From: Spirochaetia bacterium
GTDB taxonomy: Bacteria; Spirochaetota; Spirochaetia; SZUA-6; Bin103
Reading direction: 5' to 3'
DNA: 64,000 bases
Assembly: GCA_965203905.1 (NCBI GenBank)
Contig: CBDBDQ010000005.1
Location: 6,176,001-6,240,000 of the forward strand
In this document: positions 49,652 through 59,100 of the stretch, one piece after another
Numbering within the stretch: position 1 is the stretch's first letter
Layout: each line of letters opens with the position of its first letter
Notes under the pieces: model-generated
Database searches by the model: none
The model's input: only the letters and a program-made list of their open reading frames with translations
Told to the model about the DNA's origin: nothing
Translations under genes and position numbers: made by a program

Positions 49652-50482
49652 ATGGCTGCGTGTTTACCTGTTACCCGCTTGGTCCGTCGCACGCGCGCGC
49701 CCATGGGGGCACTGTGCGCCGCCCTCTTGGCATGGCTGCCGGCGGCGGCGAGCGCCAACCCGACATCGGAGCAGGCGGCCACGGCTGCGGGCGAGACCTC
49801 GTTCGCCGTCGTGGAGCTGTTCACCTCCCAGGGCTGCAACAGCTGTCCGCGTGCCGAACAGGCGCTTGCGCGGCTCGGGGAGCAGACCCGGGGCATGCCG
49901 GTGTTCCCCATCGAGTGGCACGTGGAGTACTGGGACTATCTCGGCTGGCCCGACCCCTACGCGCTGCCCGAGGCCGAGCGCCGGCAGCGTAACTACGGCC
50001 GCGCGCTGCACAGCCGCATCTTTACTCCACAACTGGTTATCAACGGACGCCAAGTGGTGCGGCCCGCCCAGGACTATTCCCTGGTGCACTCCGCTGCCCT
50101 GGCGGCAGTCGGTTCGGCGCCGGTGGCGGCAGACGGACTACCGGCCGTCGTGCTCACCGTGCCGGTGCATGACGACCGCTCCATGCAGATCGAGTATCGG
50201 GTCACCGACGTTCCGGCCGGCTGCGCCCTCACGGTCGTCGCGGTAGAGACCGGTCTCGAGAACTTCGTACCGCGGGGCGAGAACCGCGGCCGTACCCTGC
50301 GCCACCACAACGTGGTGCGTGGCTTCGTCACGGTGGATCTCGCCGCCGTAGCGGACCAGTCCGGGCAGCTCCGGATCGATCTGCCGCCGGAAGTGGCACG
50401 CGAGGCCAGCAGCATCATCGGCTACGTACAGGAACGCGGCAGCCTGCAAATCATCGCGGCGGCGCAGGCAACACCCGCCTGA
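49652..50482 (+). CDS. DUF1223 secreted thioredoxin-fold protein
   Basis: VELFTSQGCNSCP, HVEYWDYLGW.DP, TPQLVING, RGENRG..L.H.NVVR. Confidence 0.88.
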   Translation: MAACLPVTRLVRRTRAPMGALCAALLAWLPAAASANPTSEQAATAAGETSFAVVELFTSQGCNSCPRAEQALARLGEQTRGMPVFPIEWHVEYWDYLGWPDPYALPEAERRQRNYGRALHSRIFTPQLVINGRQVVRPAQDYSLVHSAALAAVGSAPVAADGLPAVVLTVPVHDDRSMQIEYRVTDVPAGCALTVVAVETGLENFVPRGENRGRTLRHHNVVRGFVTVDLAAVADQSGQLRIDLPPEVAREASSIIGYVQERGSLQIIAAAQATPA

Positions 50483-50490
50483 TCTGCGAA

Positions 50491-51357
50491 GTGAGCGCTC
50501 ACTATGCCCCCTGCGTCCGCTGGCGCCGGGCTGGATGCGTGCGGCTGGCCCTGCTGGTGCTGGCCGTGCTCGCGGCAGCCGCTGGCGCGGTACACGGCCG
50601 CGGACAGCGCAACGCAGACCGGGTAGAACCCGGCGCCGCGTTCGCGCAGCCGACGGGAGAGGCCAGCGCCCGTTTCGCCGGGCTGGTGGTAGATGCCGTC
50701 GGGATGCCCATTGCGGACGTGTACGTCGCCATGTGCGCGAGCGCCTGTTGGCCGGCACGCACCGATGCCGAGGGCCGTTTCCTGTACGAGGAGCTTCCGG
50801 TCGAACGGTACGCACTCGACGTCAGGGGCGACACGGTACCCGAACGTGCACTCACTTCGGTGGTGTTTCCCGTGAAACTGGTGGCCGGCGACCAGGAGCT
50901 GGGCACGCCGATCCAATTGCAGGAAGCAGTATCGGTGCCGGCGTGGGACGGCGTCGGGCCGGCGCGGTTCGCCGGTCTGAGCCTGATTCCGTCTGCGCCG
51001 GTGGACCTGGGCATGCTGGACCGAGCCGGCGGCGGCGCCATCGGGGGGGCGCAGGTACCGCCGTCGGGCTGGCCAAGCTATCGCCTGGCGGTGGACCAGG
51101 TCCGGTACCGTCCGCTGGCGATGTGGGCGCTGCGACCATTCGGGGCGCGCGCCGGTCAGCTCCTGGAGGTACGTGCCGCCGTGCCGGCGCAAGCTCTCGA
51201 GTCCGGTATGGAAATGGCGTTCTTCGGCGTGGATCCGGTTACGGGAGCCGCCGAGTTGTTGGGACCGGCAGTGCCCGTCGGAGACGAGGTGGGCACGGCG
51301 GCCGGGAGCGGCATAGAGACGCTCACGTGGATCATCCTGGCGGCCCCCCAGCGTTAG
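50491..51357 (+). CDS. Secreted protein with carboxypeptidase-regulatory-like domain
   Basis: Signal peptide; G.VVDA.G.PI..V.V.....TDAEGRF...LP...Y pattern. Confidence 0.6.
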   Translation: MSAHYAPCVRWRRAGCVRLALLVLAVLAAAAGAVHGRGQRNADRVEPGAAFAQPTGEASARFAGLVVDAVGMPIADVYVAMCASACWPARTDAEGRFLYEELPVERYALDVRGDTVPERALTSVVFPVKLVAGDQELGTPIQLQEAVSVPAWDGVGPARFAGLSLIPSAPVDLGMLDRAGGGAIGGAQVPPSGWPSYRLAVDQVRYRPLAMWALRPFGARAGQLLEVRAAVPAQALESGMEMAFFGVDPVTGAAELLGPAVPVGDEVGTAAGSGIETLTWIILAAPQR

Positions 51358-51470
51358 CAGCCTGTGCATCCCGGCTGGCCGCGTTGGTTTCGCACCGCGG
51401 CGTGGGCGCAGCCGGTCCGCTGCGGCACCGGGTTGAGTTGGCCGCCAGCGCTGCAATACACTCCGCCGTC

Positions 51471-52520
51471 ATGAGCCAACTCCGGCCTGAACGCATCCGC
51501 CCGCGGGGTGCGTGGTCGCTTCTGCCGTTCGGTCTGGTCCTGTCACTCGCCGCCTGCGCGTCGGGTGAGCAGCAGCCGAAGCTTGACGACGGTCTTTACG
51601 CGGAGCTGAAGACCACTCACGGCCCCATCTACCTGCGGCTGGAGTATGAACGGGTCCCGCTTACGGTCGCCAACTTCGTCGGCCTCGCCGAGGGCACCAT
51701 CGAGTTCCAGAACCGGGATGCCGAGCGCTACTACGACGGTCTCACCTTCCATCGCGTCATCGCCGACTTCATGATTCAGGGGGGGGACCCGCGCGGCGAC
51801 GGCACCGGCGGCCCCGGCTATTCGTTCCCCGACGAGATAGTCCCGGAGCTGACCCACGACGGTCCCGGGGTGCTGTCGATGGCCAACTCGGGCCCCAATA
51901 CCAACGGCAGCCAGTTCTTCATCACCCACGCGGCGACCCCCTGGCTGGATGGCCGCCATACCGTCTTCGGCCGCGTCGTGCACGGCCAGGAAGTGGTCAA
52001 CGCGGTAGGCCAGGGGGACGTCATCGAAGAACTCAACATCCTCCGCATCGGATCCGGCGCCGAGGCGTACGTGGTCGACCAGGCCCGTTTCGACGCGCTG
52101 CTGGAGCAGGTGGGAGGCCGCTCGCAGCGGGCGGCCGCCGAGGAGCGTTCCGCCGCGGAACAGATCATCACCGCCAACTGGCCCGATGCCGTGGCTACCG
52201 AATCGGGCTTGCGCTACGTGATCACCGCGGCCGGCACCGGCACCGAAAAGCCGCAGACCGGGCAGAACGTGATCGTGCATTACACCGGCAAGCTGCTCGA
52301 CGGCACCGTCTTCGACAGCTCCCACGCCCGCGGCAGCCCGGCCCGGTTCACCATCGGGCAGCTCATCGCGGGCGTGGACGAAGCGTTGCTGGATATGGTG
52401 GAAGGCGAGAAGCGTACCGTGATCATCCCTCCGGAGCTCGCCTACGGGAGCCGTGGTGTGCCCGGAGTTATTCCTCCCAATTCTTTTCTGGTGTTTGAAT
52501 TAGAGCTCTTGTCCGAGTAA
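51471..52520 (+). CDS. Cyclophilin-FKBP fused peptidyl-prolyl isomerase lipoprotein
   Basis: Lipobox LAAC; FHRVIADFMIQGGDP, NGSQFFIT (cyclophilin); VHYTGKLLDGTVFDSS, IPPELAYG (FKBP). Confidence 0.93.
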   Translation: MSQLRPERIRPRGAWSLLPFGLVLSLAACASGEQQPKLDDGLYAELKTTHGPIYLRLEYERVPLTVANFVGLAEGTIEFQNRDAERYYDGLTFHRVIADFMIQGGDPRGDGTGGPGYSFPDEIVPELTHDGPGVLSMANSGPNTNGSQFFITHAATPWLDGRHTVFGRVVHGQEVVNAVGQGDVIEELNILRIGSGAEAYVVDQARFDALLEQVGGRSQRAAAEERSAAEQIITANWPDAVATESGLRYVITAAGTGTEKPQTGQNVIVHYTGKLLDGTVFDSSHARGSPARFTIGQLIAGVDEALLDMVEGEKRTVIIPPELAYGSRGVPGVIPPNSFLVFELELLSE

Positions 52521-52535
52521 CCGCTCGGGACCGGA

Positions 52536-52868
52536 ATGGGCCAGAAGCGCGAGAACACCGGGTTTGTCTGTGCCTGCTGCGGCTACCGGGTTGAGCCGGT
52601 GGACACCGGCAGCTACCGGAATCATTGCCCGCGCTGCCTGTACTCCCGGCACGTCGATGTGCGCCCGGGTGATCGCGCAAGTGCCTGCGGCGGCCTCATG
52701 GTGCCGATCGGGATCCGGCACGCGGGGAAAAAGGGCTGGCAACTGGTCCACCGTTGTGAGAAGTGCGGTGCCACCAGCGCCAACCGCGTTGCCGGCGGCA
52801 GGCGCCAGCCGGACACCGTCGCGGCTCTCGCCAAGCTGAGCGTAGAGTCTCCTCCGGCCGACGGGTAA
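52536..52868 (+). CDS. RNHCP domain zinc-binding protein
   Basis: FVCACCG, YRNHCPRCLYSRHVD..PGDRA, HRCEKCG. Confidence 0.9.
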   Translation: MGQKRENTGFVCACCGYRVEPVDTGSYRNHCPRCLYSRHVDVRPGDRASACGGLMVPIGIRHAGKKGWQLVHRCEKCGATSANRVAGGRRQPDTVAALAKLSVESPPADG

Positions 52869-52944
52869 TCACGTTGAACAGGAAGCTGAACAGGTTGTCC
52901 TATTTTCGCCTTGACCCATCACGAAAACAACTCGCAAAAAGGGT

Positions 52945-53156
52945 TTGACAGACTTCAAGCGGTCTGTGATTATAGCGCGCGGATCTGGGCGAGCAGCCGT
53001 GCCGGCATGCGTGTGCGCCCGCCTTACCGGGTAGATTCACCTACCGGGTGACACACGCCTGTCAAAACAGGTAAGCTCGGCGATCTGGCAACTCTCCGAG
53101 AATGCGCGTGACTATCGCGGCGATGTCAACGCGCGTCAAATTGACGGAGGAGGAGT
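52945..53156 (+). promoter_or_regulatory. Promoter and long structured leader of the giant lipoprotein gene
   Basis: TTGACA 52945-52950, TGTGATTAT extended -10-like element, ACAGAC-N8-GTCTGT palindrome, hairpins, GGAGGAG RBS. Confidence 0.55.
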
Positions 53157-53157
53157 A

Positions 53158-56100
53158 ATGAACAATATAAGTCTCGAAATGGAAGCACCAACCGCAAGCT
53201 CGTTCGCTGCTGTTCGGCAGTCTAATCCCTACACGTTGTCCCTCACTCCGACTCGCCCGCGTCCGCGATTCGGGCGACTCCGCGTCTTTCTAGTATCGGC
53301 ATGCGCGATCGTTGCTACAGCGTGCGCTTCGCTGAGTGCACCCGGCAACGGCGACGAGGAACCGATCACCCAGGCCGACCTGGACGCGGTCAGGAGCGAA
53401 GCCGACCAGGCGATGGCCGCCGCCAAGGCAGCCGAAGCCGCCTTGAGCGAGGCGCAGGCCGCCGCCGATGCGGAGGTGCGCGCGGCGCAGGCTGAAGCGG
53501 AGCAGGCGCGAGCCGAGGCTTCCGCCGCCCAGGCCGACGCCCAGGAGGCGCTGGCCGATGCCCAGGAGGCGCTGGCCGATGCCACCGTCGCCCAGCAGGA
53601 CGCCGCTCGGGCGCGCGCCGCCGAGAGCGAGGCGATGGCCAAGGTCGATGCCATGATGATGGCGGCCCACCATCCCTCCGAGGTGATGATCTCGCCCGAC
53701 ATGCTCGACATCAGCCTGTTGGACCTGGATCAGGCGCAGGCATCGCTCGCCGGCCGGGATTCGATATACATCTCTTCGATCAGCTATGACGGAGCCATGT
53801 ACTCCGCCCTGCTCAAGTACGAGGGGGGCACTACCGCCACCGTCGAAGCGGTCTTCGGGGCGAGCGGCAAGCTCATTCCCGACACCGTCGGCCTCGGTAT
53901 GACCGAACTCTCGGTGCTTGCGCCCGACAAGGTGGTCGTCTCCAACGTCGAGGTTGGAGGCGTGGGCTACTCAGGCGAACTGCAGTACGTCGGCGGCAAC
54001 CGGCTGCAAGTTGCCGGAATCCGCCGGGTCGCTCTGCCGCCCACCGCGGCCGAGCAGATCGCCGCTCTCGAAGCGGAACTGGCCGCTGCCCAGGCTGCGG
54101 CCGACGCGGCCATGGCAGACGCCGACGCAGCCATGGCAGACGCCGACGCCGCGATGGCAGACAAGGCGGCCGCGATGGCGGACGCCGAGGCGGCGATGGC
54201 AGACGCCGAGGCCGCGCGAGCCGCCGCTGATGCATCGGCCGCGGAGGCCGAAGCGGCAATGGCCAAGGTCGATGCCATGATGATGGCGGCGCACCATCCC
54301 GCGGAGGTGATGGTCTCCGCCTCCATGCTCGATCCGAGCCAGGCGAACATCGACAACGCCCAGGTTTCCCTTGCCGGGCCGGACTCGATTTACATCTCCA
54401 ACATCCTGTACGCCGGCGTGCCCTACTCCGCGTTGCTCAAGTACACCGGCGGTACCTCCGCCACGGTCGAAGCGGTCTACGGGCCGATGGGCAAGTTGAT
54501 CCCCGACTCCGTGGGGCTGTCCCAGACCGAGCTGGCGTTCGTACCGCCGGCATCGCTCGCCGTCTCCAACGTCGAGGTGGGCGGGGTCGGCTACTCCGGC
54601 ACCCTGGAGTACGCCGGCGGCAACCAGCTGCGGGTCACCGGCATCCGCCGGGTGACGCTGCCGCCGACCGCCGCGGAAGCGGCCCAGGCGGCGGCGGCGG
54701 CGGCAATTGCTCAGGCCGAGGCCGACGCGGCAGCGGCGGTGAGCGCAGCACAGGCTGCGGCCGACGCGGCGGTCAGCGCCGCTGAAGCGGAGGCCGAGGC
54801 CGCCATGGCGGACATGGCAGCCGCGATGGCGGACGCCGACGCGGCGATGGCCGCGGCCAGCACCGCTGAAGCGGAGGCTGCGGCGGCGCAGGCCAAGGTC
54901 GACGCCATGATGATGGATGCCTACCAGCCGTCCGAGGTAATGGTGTCCGCGGCCATGCTCGATCCGAGCCTGGCCAACATCGACAACGTTCAGGTCTCCC
55001 TGGCCGGGCCGGACGCCATCTACATCTCCAACATCATGTACGACGGCGCGCCCTACTCGGCACTGCTCAGATACCGCGGCGGAACGTCCGCCACGGTGGA
55101 GGCGGTCTACGGGCCGATGGGCAAGCTGATCCCCGACTCCGTGGGGCTGTCCCAGACCGAGCTGGCGTTCGTAGCGCCGGCATCGCTGGCCGTCGAAAAC
55201 GTCGAAGTGGGCGGCGTCGGCTACTCCGGTACCCTGGAGTACGCTGGCGGAAACCAACTGCGCGTGACCGGCATCCGCCGGGTAGACCTCCCGCTCACGG
55301 CGGCGGAGATGGCCGAGGCGGAAAATGACCAACTGAAGGCGACGATCGCCGAACAATCCGATCAGATCGCCGCGCTCGAGGCGGCCCTGGCGGAAGCCGA
55401 GGCGGCGACCGCGGCGGCCATGGCCGAAGGCGAGGCGGCAACCGCGGCAGCAATGGCCGAAGCCGCGGCCGCGATGGCCGACGCTGAAGCGGCAATGGCC
55501 GAGGCCACGGCAGCACAGGCCAAGGTCGACACCATGATGATGGCGGCTCACCAGCCCTCCGAGGTGATGGTCTCCGCCGCCATGCTCGACCCGAGCCTGG
55601 CCAACATCGACAACGCCCAGGTCTCCCTGGCCGGGCCGGACTCGATCTACATCTCCAACATCATGTACGACGGTGTGCCCTACTCGGCACTGCTCAAGTA
55701 CAGCGGCGGCACCTCCGCCACCGTCGAGGCGGTCTACGGGCCGATGGGCAAGCTGATCCCCGACTCCGTGGGGCTGTCCCAGACCGAGCTGGAATTCGTG
55801 GCACCCGCATCCCTCGCCGTCTCCAACGTCGAGGTGGGCGGGGTCGGCTACTCCGGTACCCTGGAGTACGCTGGCGGCAACCAGCTGCGAGTCACCGGCA
55901 TCCGCCGGGTGACGCTGCCGCCGACCGAAGCGGAAGCAGCCGCGGCGGCGATCGCACAGGCCGAGGCCGACGCGGCAGCGGCGGTGAACGCGGCACAGGC
56001 TGCCACCGATGCGGCCATGGCCGACGCCGAGGCGGCGCACGCGGCAGCGGATGCGGCGATGGCCGACGCCGACGCGGCGATGGCCGGGGCCGACGCGGCG

Positions 56101-59100
56101 GCGGCTGACGCCGAGGCCGCACGGGCTGAGGCCGCGGCGGCGCAGGCGGAAGCCAGCGCAGCACAGGCCGAGGTCGACGCCATGATGATGGCGGCTCACC
56201 AGCCCTCCGAGGTGATGGTCTCCGCCGCCATGCTCGACCCGAGCCTGGCCAACATCGACAACGCCCAGGTCTCCCTGGCCGGGCCGGACTCGATCTACAT
56301 CTCCAACATCATGTACGACGGTGTGCCCTACTCGGCACTGCTCAAGTACAGCGGCGGCACCTCCGCCACCGTCGAGGCGGTCTACGGGCCGATGGGCAAG
56401 CTGATCCCCGACTCCGTGGGGCTGTCCCAGACCGGGCTGGAATTCGTGGCACCCGCATCCCTCGCCGTCTCCAACGTCGAGGTGGGCGGGGTCGGCTACT
56501 CCGGTACCCTGGAGTACGCCGGCGGCAACCAGCTGCGAGTCACCGGCATCCGCCGGGTGACGCTGCCGCCGACCGAAGCGGAAGCAGCCGCGGCGGCGAT
56601 CGCACAGGCCGAGGCCGACGCGGCAGCGGCGGTGAACGCGGCACAGGCTGCCACCGATGCGGCCATGGCCGACGCCGAGGCGGCGCACGCGGCAGCGGAT
56701 GCGGCGATGGCCGACGCCGACGCGGCGATGGCCGGGGCCGACGCGGCGGCGGCTGACGCCGAGGCCGCACGGGCTGAGGCCGCAGCGGCGCAGGCCCAGG
56801 TCGACGCCATGATGATGGCGGCCTACCAGCCCTCCGAGGTGATGGTCTCCGCCGCCATGCTCGATCCGAGCCTGGCCAACATCGACAACGCCCAGGTCTC
56901 CCTGGCCGGGCCGGACTCGATCTACATCTCCAACATCATGTACGCCGGCGTGCCCTACTCGGCACTGCTGAAGTACAGCGGCGGCACCTCCGCCACCGTG
57001 GAAGCGGTCTACGGACCGATGGGCAAGCTGATCCCCGACTCCGTCGGCCTGTCTCAGGTCGAACTGGACTTCGTGGCTCCCGCATCCCTCAACGTGTCCA
57101 ACGTCGAGGTGGGCGGGGTCGGCTACTCCGGCACCCTGGAGTACGCCGGCGGCAACCAGTTGCGGGTCACCGGCATCCGCCGGGTCACGCTGCCGCCGAC
57201 CGCAGAAGAAGCGGCCGCGGCGGCGATCGGCGAGGCCGAGGCTGACGCGGCAGCGGCGGTTAGCGCAGCACAGGCTGACGCCGATGCGGCCATGGCTGAC
57301 GCCGAGGCAGCGCAGGCGGCAACTGATGCGGCGATGGCCGACGCCGAAGCGGCGGCGGCTGACGCCGAGGCCGCACGGGCTGAGGCCGCGGCGGCGCAGG
57401 CGGAAGCCAGCGCAGCACAGGCCCAGGTCGACGCCATGATGATGGCGGCCTACCAGCCCTCCGAGGTCATGGTCTCCGCCGCCATGCTTGATCCGAGCCT
57501 GGCCAACATCGACAACGCCCAGGTCTCCCTGGCCGGGCCGGACTCGATCTACATCTCCAACATCAGGTACGCCGGCGCGCCCTACTCGGCACTGCTGAAG
57601 TACAGCGGCGGCACCTCCGCCACCGTGGAAGCGGTCTACGGACCGATGGGCAAGCTGATCCCCGACTCCGTCGGCCTGTCTCAGGTCGAGTTGGAGTTCG
57701 TGGCTCCCGCATCCCTCAACGTCTCCAACGTCGAGGTGGGCGGGGTCGGCTACTCCGGTACCCTGGAGTACGCCGGCGGCAACCAGTTGCGAGTCACCGG
57801 CATCCGCCGGGTCACCCTGCCGCCGACCGAGGCGGAAGCCGCGCAGGCTGCCGCGGCGGCAGCGATTGCGCAGGCCGAGGCCGACGCGGCAGCGGCGGTG
57901 AGCGACGCACAGGCTGACGCCGACGCAGCGGTCGGCGAAGCACAAGCTGCTGCCGATATGGCGGTCAGCGAAGCCCAGGCGGCTGCCGACATGGCGGTCA
58001 GCGAGGCACAGGCTGCTGCTGACGCGGCGGTCAGCGCCGCGATGGCTGACGCCGAGGCGGCGCAGGCCAAGGTCGACGCGATGATGGCAGCGGCCTATCA
58101 GCCTTCCGAGGTGATGGTCTCCGCCGCCATGCTCGATCCGAGCCTGGCCAACATCGACAACGCCCAGGTCTCCCTGGCCGGGCCGGACTCGATCTACATC
58201 TCCAACATCAGGTACGCCGGCGCGCCGTATTCGGCACTGCTGAAGTACAGCGGCGGCACCTCCGCCACCATCGAGGCGGTCTACGGACCGATGGGCAAGC
58301 TGATCCCCGACTCCGTCGGCCTGTCTCAGGTCGAGCTGGAGTTCGTGGCTCCCGCATCCCTCAACGTCTCCAACGTCGAGGTGGGCGGGGTCGGCTACTC
58401 CGGCACCCTGGAGTACGCCGGCGGCAACCAGTTGCGGGTCACCGGCATCCGCCAGGTCACCTTGCCGCCGACCGCGGAAGAAGCGGCCGCGGCGGCGATC
58501 GCCGAGGCCGAGGCCGACGCCGCAGCGGCGGTGAGCGCAGCCCAGGCTGACGCGGCAGCAGCGGTGAGCGCGGCCCAGGCCGCTGCCGATGCTGCCATGG
58601 CCGACGCCGACGCCGCTCAGGCCTCGGCGGATGCGGCGATGGCCGACGCCGACGCGGCGATGGCTGACGCCGACGCCGCCAGGGCTGAGGCGGATGCGGC
58701 GCAGGCCAAGGTCGATGAGATGATGATGGCGGCCTATCAGCCCTCCGAGGTGATGGTCTCCGCCGCCATGCTCGATCCGAGCCTGGCCAACATCGACAAC
58801 GCCCAGGTCTCCCTGGCCGGACCGGATTCGATCTACATCTCCAACATCAGCTACGCCGGCGCGCCCTACTCGGCGTTGCTCAAATACAGCGGCGGCACCT
58901 CCGCCACCATCGAGGCGGTCTACGGACCGATGGGCAAGCTGATCCCCGACTCCGTCGGCCTGTCTCAGGTCGAGCTGGAGTTCGTGGCTCCCGCATCCCT
59001 CGCCGTCTCCAACGTCGAGGTGGGCGGAGTCGGCTACTCCGGTACCCTGGAGTACGCTGGCGGCAACCAGCTGCGGGTCACCGGCATCCGCCGGGTCACC

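Noticed and set aside
52980-53150. Known riboswitch (c-di-GMP, cobalamin, SAM) in the giant gene leader
   Set aside because: No conserved core sequences of these classes recognised; kept only as a generic structured leader.
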